Sequence record: SRR31156797_5597
Length of the DNA stretch: 45,444 nucleotides
Reading direction: 5' to 3' (one strand)
Numbering within the stretch: the first letter of the stretch is position 1; the number at the start of each line of letters is the position of its first letter. The position numbers were made by a program, and so were the translations under genes. The notes under the pieces were generated by a model, which saw only the letters and a list, made by a program, of their open reading frames with translations, did no database searches and had not been told where the DNA came from. Below, one piece after another: positions 1 through 8,839 of the stretch.

Positions 1-491
1 TTCCCTGAACACCACAATTGACTATAACTCAATCCCTTAAGGTTAAATCATACCTGAAATGGCCTGTCTAATGCCGTTTTCGAAACTAAAACATGGTTCA
101 ATTCACCTCCATCAGGAGTTGTTTACAATATGGACAGGAAGCATATTTAGCTTAAGGAAAAGAGAGAACTATTCACCTTCGACTTGGCCATCTTGCGTAT
201 AATGCTCAATCGCTCAAATTTCCCTGTCTCAGAAAACATCTTTGGTAGCCTTCAATAAGCCTGAATCCAAGGTTTTTAATGAACTTTTCAGCATGTTTCA
301 CTGGTGATAGTTAATACCAGGACGCACATTAAACGTCTGTCATTTGAGTCTTATAAACCGGCCCTCTTCCTCCTTTATCAACACCGAAATTCTACAGTTC
401 AAAGTTTGAGACGAATTAATACCGTAGAAGGTTTTCAGGGTGACTTATTCCTCTGTGGTTCACTTCTTTATTGTAATTTTTTGTTTTTTGC

Positions 492-1104
492 ATTGCCGAT
501 GAGGATCTCGAAAGGATATTTGAACCTTTTTATACAAAGAAGATTATGGGGCGAAGTGGGACAGGCCTGGGATTAGCAATAGTCTGGAGCATTGTTCACG
601 ATCACTCTGGTTACATCGACGTGGAAACCAGTATGAATGAGGGTACTGCATTTAAGCTGTTCTTTCCTATAACAAGAGATAAAGAGGTCACTGATAGTTG
701 GTCGTTCAATATCAATGACTATATGGCTAACGGTGAGACAATCCTGGTTATTGATGATGTACATAGTCAACGAGAAATATCCAGAAACATGCTAGAAAGA
801 CTAGGATATAGTGTACAAACCGTCGCAAGTGGAGAGGAGGCCATTGAATACATCAAGAACCAATCGGTTAATCTGTTACTGATTGATATGATAATGGAAC
901 CTGGCATTAACAGTTATGAAACGTATAAGAGGATCATACATATTCATCCAAACCAAAAAGCAATTATAGTCAGTGGATTTTCAGAAACAAGTGATGTTAA
1001 AAAAAACTCAGGATTTAGGCGCAGGAAAGTATTTAAAAAAACCTTTAACTCTCGAAAAGTTAGGTGTAGCCATAAAAGATGAGTTAACAAAAGTAAAAAG
1101 TTGA
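492..1104 (+). pseudogene. Hybrid sensor histidine kinase/response regulator remnant (HATPase C-terminal end + receiver domain), 5'-truncated and frameshifted
   Basis: Frame reads IADEDLERIFEPFYTKKIMGRSGTGLGLAIV (F and G2 boxes) from about 492, with no upstream kinase sequence. A receiver follows (ILVIDD...LLLIDMIM...IIVSG). Removing one A from the A8 run near 999-1006 restores a typical receiver end KKTQDLGAGKYLKKPLTLEKLGVAIKDEL, with stop at 1102-1104. Confidence 0.85.
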
Positions 1105-1227
1105 TAAAACTAAATTTGACATTTATTCAGATTAATTAATATTATCAACGATATGCTCAAAATCAGCGGCTACTGGAACAGCTTAAATTCCCCTATCAAT
1201 ATCAATGTATGAGCTGTTTCTCAGTAC

Positions 1228-1458
1228 CTATGCCTCTGGCATTACTAAGCCCCAACTGACTGCACCTAAACGCATAATCTCCAAAATGAGAAAGGCGCTT
1301 TCACCAGCTCCAGGCAAGTTATATTCAACCCGAGGTGGCACCTACGGATATACAGTTTATGATATCAATCCAGCACTTTCCAATCTTTATTTTCCACTCA
1401 ATAAATCCAGGGAAAATTCGGCGTGGTAGCGATACTACTTTTCACTCCCCTTGATCAT
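1228..1458 (-). pseudogene. HxlR-family winged-helix regulator pseudogene
   Basis: Manual translation: MIKGSEK*YRYHAEFSLDLLSGK*RLESAGLIS*TVYP*VPPRVEYNL... This matches HxlR motifs (LDLxxGKW; LExxGLIxRxVYPxVPPRVEY) but has four in-frame stops and lacks the central HTH segment. Divergent from the VOC gene. Confidence 0.8.
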
Positions 1459-1633
1459 AATATTCTCTCACCTTCTAAAAAAAATCTATCGATATCGTTA
1501 ACCCATGCAATACGAACCTATTGGTGCGTGTCGAACAAAATAGTGCCTTCTTGCTACTCAGTTTCCAAGCGTTATAGTGTAACTGTACTTGGGATAACAC
1601 CCAAACAACAATATACTATGACGGAGCACTTCA

Positions 1634-2137
1634 ATGACATATCCAAGAACCTTTTCTCACATAGGGTTATCCGTGACTGATCTTGAAAGAGCAGTCGATT
1701 TCTACACCAAAGTACTCGGTTGGTACGTAATAATGCCTCCAACAGAAATAATATCAGATGACTCTGCGATTGGGGTTATGTGCGATGATGTTTTCGGTAA
1801 AGGGTGGGGGAGTTTCAAGATTGCTCACCTTTCAACCGGAGACAAAATTGGTGTTGAAATTTTTGAATTTAAAAACGCAGCACAACCAGAAAATAACTTT
1901 GAATATTGGAAGACTAGCGTCTTTCACTTCTGCGTGCAAGATCCTGATGTTGAAGGCCTGGCGGCTAAAATTGTAGAAAATGGTGGCAAACAGAGAATGC
2001 CGGTGAGAGAGTATTACCCAGGGGAAAAGCCCTACCGCATGGTATACTGTGAAGACCCTTTTGGGAATCTTATCGAAATTTACTCCCACAGCTATGAATT
2101 AACCTATTCCGCAGGAGCATACCAAGATAAGCTATAA
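1634..2137 (+). CDS. VOC / lactoylglutathione lyase (glyoxalase) family protein
   Basis: FSHIGLSVTDLERAVDFY, FHFCVQDPD and YCEDPFGNLIEIY motifs; GGAG RBS upstream. Confidence 0.92.
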   Translation: MTYPRTFSHIGLSVTDLERAVDFYTKVLGWYVIMPPTEIISDDSAIGVMCDDVFGKGWGSFKIAHLSTGDKIGVEIFEFKNAAQPENNFEYWKTSVFHFCVQDPDVEGLAAKIVENGGKQRMPVREYYPGEKPYRMVYCEDPFGNLIEIYSHSYELTYSAGAYQDKL

Positions 2138-2151
2138 GTGTTATTGTGACG

Positions 2152-2179
2152 TAGCCTGCAATATTATTGCAGGCTATTT
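2152..2179 (+). terminator. Intrinsic terminator-like hairpin after the VOC gene
   Basis: TAGCCTGCAAT-att-ATTGCAGGCTA stem followed by a short T run. Confidence 0.6.
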
Positions 2180-2332
2180 CCCTTCAAATCTAGTCATACC
2201 TTCCGAGAATCGAAAAAATAGGATCTCTTGTTTTTCTTTTGAAGAGACGACGGTCGCCAATGCAAACATTTCGCAAGCTACGAAATGTCCCAAATATCGT
2301 TATTCCAATATTTTTTGCAGCATAAAGTCGTG

Positions 2333-3322
2333 TTAAAAACGAAATACCGTTGCGGCAAAAGATAGGCCGCCACCAGAGGTAATCATCAAAATCAATTCGC
2401 CCCTCTTTAAACTACCACTTTGAACCGCGTCATCGATGGCCATAGGAATGCATGCAGCACCTGTATAAGCATATTTATCCATAATAGTGTAAGCCTTACT
2501 GCGGGAAACATGCAGAGTGTCCATAGTTTCGTAAATGCTGTTAACATTAATCTGGGTCATGAAATAGTGATCAATATCGGTAGGTTTAATAGATAATTGC
2601 AGGCATAATTCTTCAATCATTACAGTCCAGGTTTCAGCATTTTTATTATCTGGAAACTTTTTAACAAATTGAAAATAATGATCACCCTTAGCAAGAGCTT
2701 GTGCAGAGATAGGGCAGTGCGTCCCGCCTGCATAAATACCCATCCATTCATGATACTGTCCTTCAACTTTATTTTTTGCTCCTAAAAAGCCTCTGTCTCC
2801 CTCCTCTGATACGGTAAAAAGAGCTGCTCCGGCCCCATCTGCGAACAAGGTCACTGTTTTCTTGTCATTTTTGTTCAAATATTTACTCATTGCGTATGCA
2901 CCGATGACAAGGATCGTTGAATAATCTTCTCCTGACCGAATATAGCGACTTGCCATCTCTGCCCCCACAACAAAACTTGAACAAGCAACATTCAAATCTA
3001 CAGCACCGGCATTTGTTGCCCCTAAGTGATATTGGACCGCAGATGCAGTGGAGGGAGAAATGTGTTCAGGTGTATCTGTTCCAACAATTATTAAGTCCAG
3101 ACCAGAGGCTTCCAACTTAGCATTCTTCAAAGCCTTTCTAGCAGCTTCAATACACAAGTCGGCGGTGGATTCATTCTCATTACACCAGTGACGCTCCTGT
3201 ATGTTCATCTTCGTTTCTAGCCAAGTGCTAACATCTTCACCCAAAATTTGATCGAAATAAGTATTTGCCATTATTTGACCCGGAACATGTGAACCTGTTG
3301 ACTGGATAACAGCATTTCTCAT
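2333..3322 (-). CDS. 3-oxoacyl-ACP synthase III (FabH/thiolase-fold) family protein with non-canonical catalytic residues
   Basis: STGSHVP, IIVGTDTPE, DLNVACSSF (catalytic Cys), LFADGAGA and GGGLSF motifs. HQAN is replaced by TQIN and GNTS by AYTG. Confidence 0.9.
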   Translation of the reverse strand: MRNAVIQSTGSHVPGQIMANTYFDQILGEDVSTWLETKMNIQERHWCNENESTADLCIEAARKALKNAKLEASGLDLIIVGTDTPEHISPSTASAVQYHLGATNAGAVDLNVACSSFVVGAEMASRYIRSGEDYSTILVIGAYAMSKYLNKNDKKTVTLFADGAGAALFTVSEEGDRGFLGAKNKVEGQYHEWMGIYAGGTHCPISAQALAKGDHYFQFVKKFPDNKNAETWTVMIEELCLQLSIKPTDIDHYFMTQINVNSIYETMDTLHVSRSKAYTIMDKYAYTGAACIPMAIDDAVQSGSLKRGELILMITSGGGLSFAATVFRF

Positions 3323-3744
3323 AGCGTTGCGACTCCATAATTTATATTAAATGACTATTAATTTCTGATGCGTAGCGAACTAAATATCACTGGCTTATGA
3401 CCTTATCAGAACCCATTAAATGAACTTAAAATTGACCGTAAAAGGGCTTACAAAGCTTAACAGGCGAAGAACTTACAAGGATTTGACCTTCATTCTGTAC
3501 CTCTACGAATTCACCTAGCCTCACCTAAACACCCTCTAAAATCAGTGATAACCTGATCTACATAGGAATAGCGTAATCTTAGAGACTTGATGGAATAATT
3601 AACATTACCATTGATAGCCTTCTTCAATGACCATAGTCGGTGCCCTGTTTACAGTAAACACCTGCTCTTCTGAGACGCCACATTGGTTCAAAGGTTCTTC
3701 CTGGCAATATCTACGTCACCTTGTATATTTTAATCAGTTTTAGC

Positions 3745-3929
3745 AACCTTTGGGGTTAGGATGTATTATTTTTTCATCCCTAAAATGGGCGTCGGCCCCA
3801 TGATGTCTTGTGCTTTGGCGGGGCAACTTTTACTCGCAGTTATTGCCAGTCACTTTGGTTGGTTTGGTAAAAATCCTTGGAGTACTTGCTTTAATTGCAG
3901 GGGTTATACTTATTAATATTGAAAAATAA
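3745..3929 (+). pseudogene. DMT/YdcZ (DUF606)-like transporter C-terminal remnant
   Basis: Reads YYFFIPKMGVGPMMSCALAGQLLLAVIASHFGWFG, then after a frameshift/deletion VKILGVLALIAGVILINIEK*. The upstream part (to about 3590) is degraded, so the 5' boundary is approximate. Confidence 0.7.
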
Positions 3930-3942
3930 TTTGGGATACCAA

Positions 3943-4359
3943 ATGGAATTTAAAATAGTATATGATATCAGCCATATTGACTGGAAAGCTGTATCAGAAA
4001 CTTTACGATCAGCGGGAATGGCATACCAATCACCCGATAAGCACAAACGTGCTTTTGAGGCCAGTCATACAACTGTTTTCATATATTCGGATAACAAATT
4101 AATCGGTTTCGGTAGAGCTCTATCTGACGGTGAGTACCAAGCTGCCATTTATGATGTTGCGGTTTTGCCAACTGTACAGGGGAAGGGGGTTGGAAAGGTC
4201 ATAATGCAATCTATCTTAGATCAACTCCCAGACTGCAATATCATTCTTTATGCAACTCCAGGAATGGAAGGTTTTTATAGAAAACTTGGTTTTGGAGATA
4301 TGAAAACAGGAATGGCTGTATTCACAACTCCGCAAGCAATGGAAAAGTTCACCAAGTAG
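3943..4359 (+). CDS. GNAT family N-acetyltransferase
   Basis: LIGFGRALSDG..AAIYDVAVLP..QGKGVG acetyl-CoA motif and FYRKLGF. ATG 3943 preferred because the longer ORF overlaps the DMT remnant. Confidence 0.9.
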   Translation: MEFKIVYDISHIDWKAVSETLRSAGMAYQSPDKHKRAFEASHTTVFIYSDNKLIGFGRALSDGEYQAAIYDVAVLPTVQGKGVGKVIMQSILDQLPDCNIILYATPGMEGFYRKLGFGDMKTGMAVFTTPQAMEKFTK

Positions 4360-4602
4360 TTTGCTAAGCCATTTAATTGATCGGTTTAGGTTGCCAAGCA
4401 GCACCTCTGAAAAGTGTATGAGGCATCCAACTTAAGCATTATTCCTCTTTACATATTCAAGAAAAGATTCTCCAAAAATCTTTTTACCTCATACCTTATG
4501 GCCCGGTGGCCAGATAAAGTCAACATCGACAGGCAAAAAATATCAGGTCAAGTTTAGATTTTCACAGCTAACCAAAACGAGAGGTGCCAACAAATTTTGG
4601 CC

Positions 4603-4842
4603 TTATTTTTTCACATGTCCATGGGTGACCCAAAAGAATATGACAATCAAAAGCACCAATTCTATAATCATAGGCCCGTAAATCGCAAAACTAAAGGCAA
4701 CATCACTTGAAATGTCATTGGTTTTATAAATGAAAAACAGAGCCAAGATATGGCAACCAATTGTGAGCCACCCTTCCCTGGAAATAGGAGCCCATAAGGT
4801 GGGGCTCACTTTTCGAAACCAATATTTTTTGTTTTTTTGCAT
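4603..4842 (-). CDS. Small hypothetical membrane protein (2 TM)
   Basis: 79-aa ORF with YWF..W.P.S.EGW start and two hydrophobic segments. Confidence 0.6.
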   Translation of the reverse strand: MQKNKKYWFRKVSPTLWAPISREGWLTIGCHILALFFIYKTNDISSDVAFSFAIYGPMIIELVLLIVIFFWVTHGHVKK

Positions 4843-4946
4843 CTTGCTTCCGAAGATAATATCATTGTGGAACGTTGATGGCTTCGTAAAAAGGTACGAT
4901 CTCCTGCATTGTATATCAAATTTTCCTAATTGAGATAACCATAGAA

Positions 4947-5605
4947 TTAATCTATCATCTCCGACTCGTAAAAGTGTACTTCGGAACCTGTTTTTCCACG
5001 GGCCACCTTTACCATAAATCGAGCAACTGACTCGGCTTGAACAGGTCTATATTTTTTAAGAGAACCCAGCAAGTACGGTTGCAGCAAGGGAGTTACCATT
5101 GCCCCTATTTTCTCTCCCAAGCGGAACTCTTCTCGTGGCCCCAAGAGCAGCGATGGCCTGATAATGTGTAAACGGGGATACCCCACACTTAGTACAGCCT
5201 CTTCCATTTCTCCTTTGACCCGGCTATAAAACACCTTCGATTCTTTATCGGCACCCATCGAGGATATTACCAAAAATTGTTCTGCGCCTTGTTTCCTCAT
5301 TAGCTCTGCTACAGTAACAACTAGAAAAAAATCTACTTTTTTGAAGGCTTCTTGAGATCCAGCTTTCTTAATCGTGGTCCCTAAACAGCAAAAAACATCA
5401 TCAGCCTTTATACCTGCTAGTTCGTGTTCAAGGTTGTCAAATTTTACTCTAACAATTTTGAGTTTAGGATGGATTGTTGCCAGGGGGGGGGGCTTACAAG
5501 AGCGATTACTTCTGCATAGCTTGGATCTTCGAGAAGTGCTTGCAGACAATATCCACCGATGAGCCCTGTTGCGCCAACGATGAGTGCTCTTCTTTTGGTA
5601 ATCAT
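4947..5605 (-). pseudogene. NAD(P)-binding epimerase/oxidoreductase (YraR/TIP30-like), frameshifted at a G10/C10 tract
   Basis: True N-terminus MITKRRALIVGATGLIGGYCL (Rossmann motif, ATG 5605, GGGGAG RBS) is in a different frame from DDVFCCLGTTIKKAGSQEAFKKVD...IIRPSLLLG. The shift lies in G10 at 5483-5492; 8 or 11 nt restores frame. Could be a sequencing error. Confidence 0.85.
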
Positions 5606-5702
5606 GGTTTGCTCCCCTCTAACCCTATAAATACTTAAATCAAAATATCATCCACTTTGAAAGCAACTACACCCTCGAAGGACGTTATAGACTGAGCATA
5701 TT

Positions 5703-6239
5703 TTACATGCGGATCACCTCATCGCTGCCCTCCATCAAGGCATCACTCAACTGTCTCTCCCGCTCAGTCAGAGCCGAGTCTGCAAACGTGTTCCCGTAGT
5801 AGGCGTTGATGACCCGGGTTGAACTTTTTGCCAAAGTCTCAAGAAACAGGGCCAAATTACCAGCCTGGAGGTAGAGGGTTGCGTCGTTAACAAACAAAAT
5901 GTCCCGCTTCTGTTTTGCAAACTCGGCAAACAGCTCCTCTATCTTCCGGGCGTTCTCTGTGGCCAACTCAAGAGTGTGGTCCGCATCACTGCCCATAAGA
6001 CGGGGAGCGATAATTTGCGTGGTAAGGTACAAAACATCTGTCCCCGGTGGAAGAGGCAGCTTACCTCCGATTCCACGAACCGGGTCTGGGGACAAATCCA
6101 GCACCGCAATCTGCTCGCCGTATCCGGCTTGTAAAAAAAACTCCAGAATCGTAGTGGTCCGGGTTGTTTTGCCGGAGTTGACATCTCCGGCAATCAGTGT
6201 CTGCCTATTAAGGAGATGTTTTATATCATATTCCTTCAT
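5703..6239 (-). CDS. Uncharacterised small P-loop NTPase
   Basis: Walker A LIAGDVNSGKTT and hydrophobic-Asp ILFVND. Start overlaps the upstream transporter stop (TAATG coupling). Confidence 0.8.
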   Translation of the reverse strand: MKEYDIKHLLNRQTLIAGDVNSGKTTRTTTILEFFLQAGYGEQIAVLDLSPDPVRGIGGKLPLPPGTDVLYLTTQIIAPRLMGSDADHTLELATENARKIEELFAEFAKQKRDILFVNDATLYLQAGNLALFLETLAKSSTRVINAYYGNTFADSALTERERQLSDALMEGSDEVIRM

Positions 6240-7501
6240 TACATGATTCCGAATTGAGTAAGGAGAAACCGTACAGCCAGAAAGGAGGTCACCAACAACG
6301 TGACGCCGCCCATAAAATTCAGCAAAGCCGAATTTCGCGTTTTACAGCCCGACCGGTTGAGCAGGTAGAGAATAATCGCGATCACAAGAGGAGTGCCTGT
6401 AAGGCCCAGAGCAAGCATCAACGGAAGAAGCAAGAAGAAGCTGCCTTTAACAAAGGGACCGAGCATACTCACCAGGCATCCGGCAAAAACAGCCACGGCA
6501 AAGCGTTTATCTTTAACATCCAGTGCCCATCCCATTTTATCCGAAATAAAATAAGCTCCGGCCATAAAGGTTGGTGAGAGGGTGGAGAGAGTGGCAGCCC
6601 AGAGGCCAATCATAAAAATCTTCATGGCGCTGTCCCCCAAAAGAGGTTTGAGGGCTAAAGCCGCGTCAGTTGCCCTTTTCACTTCAATCCCATTAGGGTG
6701 AAGGACGGCTGCCGCTACCAGAAAGATGGCTGCACTGTAGAGACCAAAGGCCAAACCCATGGAGGAGATGGTGTCGAATCTAGCCAATGGTAGATCCTTG
6801 GGTTTCCAACCCCTGGCATTGGTATTATAGGTATGCATCCCGATAATGGTAATATGAACAGCACCACCCATGATAGCCGCCATCATCAAGGCCGCATCGA
6901 TCCCGCCAGGAAGATTAGGGAGAATCCCTCCGAAAATACCAGAGACAGAAAGATCAGCCATGAATAGGGTACCCACAAAACAAGCCACAACAAAAATAAC
7001 CAGGACTTTACAGACCGTTTCAAATTTTCGGTACCCCTTGCGCACCAAAAAAAGAGTAATAACTATACCGTATACGACTCCCCAATAGGGGGTATCCAGG
7101 CCTGTGACCAATGAGGTTACTCCTGCAAGGGCGTTCATCAAGAACATCGCTGCAAGCCAGGTGGCCAAGAGAGCGTCAATGGTAAGAACCCATGCCCAGC
7201 GTTTGCCCAGGTGTTTTTCCGTTGCGGCGATTATGCCCATTCCTTCCATGATACCTACCCTGGCAGCCAAATACTGTGCTGTAGTGCCAAAGACAGCACT
7301 TAAGATAACAACCCACAGCATCTTGTAGCCGTATGTTGCTCCGGCAATGGCTACACTGGCCAAGGTTGCAGGCCCACAGGCAACGGCACTGATGATCCAC
7401 GCAGGACCCAGTTGACTGATATATTGACCGTATATTCTCATTCCAGAAACACCTCGTTCCCCATCTTGTGGGGAACCGGCAGTGGTTTCTTTGGTTTTCA
7501 T
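6239..7501 (-). CDS. NRAMP-superfamily (YcsG/MntH-like) transporter lacking the canonical metal-binding motif; candidate thiamine or precursor transporter
   Basis: Multi-TM protein with LGPAWIISAVACGPATL...GATYGYKMLWV...QYLAARVG pattern of NRAMP fold. AGGAG RBS before ATG 7501. Preceded by a TPP riboswitch. Confidence 0.85.
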   Translation of the reverse strand: MKTKETTAGSPQDGERGVSGMRIYGQYISQLGPAWIISAVACGPATLASVAIAGATYGYKMLWVVILSAVFGTTAQYLAARVGIMEGMGIIAATEKHLGKRWAWVLTIDALLATWLAAMFLMNALAGVTSLVTGLDTPYWGVVYGIVITLFLVRKGYRKFETVCKVLVIFVVACFVGTLFMADLSVSGIFGGILPNLPGGIDAALMMAAIMGGAVHITIIGMHTYNTNARGWKPKDLPLARFDTISSMGLAFGLYSAAIFLVAAAVLHPNGIEVKRATDAALALKPLLGDSAMKIFMIGLWAATLSTLSPTFMAGAYFISDKMGWALDVKDKRFAVAVFAGCLVSMLGPFVKGSFFLLLPLMLALGLTGTPLVIAIILYLLNRSGCKTRNSALLNFMGGVTLLVTSFLAVRFLLTQFGIM

Positions 7502-7608
7502 AAACAATCTCCTTTTTTACTGGCAGCAATTTTAAAGAAAGGGACTGTCGAGGTAGGCGGGAAGGCTTTGCAGGAGGCAGAAAAATTTTCCGGCTGGAAA
7601 AGCGATCT

Positions 7609-7693
7609 CCGAATTCCCTGCGACAGTATGAACTGTATCAGGTTCGATGAGTATAATCTCAGCCCTGCCTACATTGCAGAACACCCCAATCGG
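7609..7693 (-). ncRNA. TPP (thiamine pyrophosphate) riboswitch aptamer
   Basis: Minus strand reads CCGATT-GGGGTG-TTCTGC..GCAGGG-CTGAGA-TTATACTC-ATC-GAACCTGAT-ACAG-TTCATA-CTGT-CGCAGGGA-ATTCGG. It contains the THI-box hallmarks (GGGG, CTGAGA, GAACCTGAT, P5 stem, CGxAGGGA) and lies about 110 nt upstream of the transporter start. Confidence 0.93.
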
Positions 7694-7846
7694 AATGTGG
7701 AATTACTAATGAGTTATGAAAAAAAAAGCAATTTATTTTGTAAATTCAAGGTAACGAAACAATATCTGAGGTGCAAGATTTCTCCTTACAGGACCAGATT
7801 TTTTTCAGCCTGCGTACTACCTCTCAAGATAAAAGCGTAATCGTGA

Positions 7847-8251
7847 CTAGGATTTACAGTCACAATTGAAACGTGCGACAATATACTTTTCTATACGAGG
7901 CTGGATAGTTTTCAGTAAATAATCACTTTCCAAATAGGGACAGGGTTTATCATACGGAAATTCCCGACACTGCCTTGGCCGGGCGGTGTGAATCATACAA
8001 CGGGCTCGCATCTTATTGTTACTGAGAAAAATACAGGAACCGTCTTCCCTTACCTTAAAGGTGTTTCTGCCTTCCAGATAACGCTGCCTGACCACCCCAT
8101 CTGCGACGTTAAAATGGCGTGCAATCCGGTTGATGTCATCTCCATCCAGATAGAGCGTTGCCCCTTCTAACCGGTAGCAGCAGTAGCCTGGGCAATAATT
8201 ACAGTACGTTTTGTTCGCGGCAAGACAATAGATTTCTGGTGTTTTTTCCAT
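7847..8251 (-). CDS. YkgJ family cysteine-cluster (CxxCxxxCC) protein
   Basis: CNYCPGYCC...SCIFL...CMIHTARPRQCREFP. Start placed at MEKTPEIYC. Confidence 0.88.
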   Translation of the reverse strand: MEKTPEIYCLAANKTYCNYCPGYCCYRLEGATLYLDGDDINRIARHFNVADGVVRQRYLEGRNTFKVREDGSCIFLSNNKMRARCMIHTARPRQCREFPYDKPCPYLESDYLLKTIQPRIEKYIVARFNCDCKS

Positions 8252-8546
8252 GGACAGGCCCAGGCAGAGGTGATAACGCAGAAAGCCTAGGCGTTGATAT
8301 TTCCAGGCAGATATACCTGTGATACATACTTCTGAACCTGTTAAGCCACAAGGTATTTCACATCCGAGTGCCATATCAACGCTGTTCTGACGTATCTGGC
8401 TTGTCCTTTTTCAAACCAAGAGCCAAAAAATCTAGCGCAACAAGTCGATATACCATTGTTGATGCAACACTAGTCATTTCACTTCTAATAGTCTTGCCCG
8501 CTCTGTTCTCCACCAAAAGAGCGCCTGATGAAATAGTGAGAAAGGG

Positions 8547-8573
8547 GTTTGGGTTTTAAGGATAAACCCAAAC
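8547..8573. repeat. Perfect 10-bp inverted repeat, possible regulator binding site
   Basis: GTTTGGGTTT-taaggat-AAACCCAAAC in the divergent intergenic region. Confidence 0.45.
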
Positions 8574-8608
8574 GGCTAATGCACAAATGCCCTTCCCCAC
8601 CCTTCTTT

Positions 8609-8624
8609 ATTGCAGTTCTGCAAT
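8609..8624. promoter_or_regulatory. Candidate bEBP upstream activator site ATTGCA-N4-TGCAAT
   Basis: ATTGCAGTTCTGCAAT, about 80 bp upstream of a sigma54 -24/-12 element. The same motif recurs at 9638 and 9671. Confidence 0.6.
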
Positions 8625-8701
8625 CATTCAATACAATTACCCCAAAAAGCTAACAACACGCAACGACTCGGTTTCATTACATAAAAATCAAAAAAATACA
8701 C

Positions 8702-8717
8702 TGGCATGCTATGTGCT
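8702..8717 (+). promoter_or_regulatory. Putative sigma54 (-24/-12) promoter
   Basis: TGGCATGCTATGTGCT = GG-N10-GC. An IHF-like AATCAA-N4-ATA lies just upstream. Confidence 0.6.
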
Positions 8718-8839
8718 TAAAAACAATTATAAAACCTTTTCCATGTTTTTTCCATGGAGACAATTTGAGGGTAACCAACTGGATTTTTAAACGTTCAACC
8801 TGGTTATGCTTTCTAATTACAACAGATTGGAGTCGTGTC

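Noticed and set aside
1-490. Possible decayed gene or IS end at the window start, including ORF 304-576
   Set aside because: No recognisable protein motif or terminal repeat; the ORF overlaps the kinase remnant in another frame.
1228-1458. In-frame stops as stop-codon recoding (Sec/Pyl)
   Set aside because: Stops are mixed TAG and TAA and accompany an internal deletion; other genes end normally at these codons.
4874-4900. GATGGCTTCGTAAAAAG resembling one arm of a deltaproteobacterial intergenic repeat
   Set aside because: Only one arm, no partner inverted copy in the window; resemblance is from memory only.
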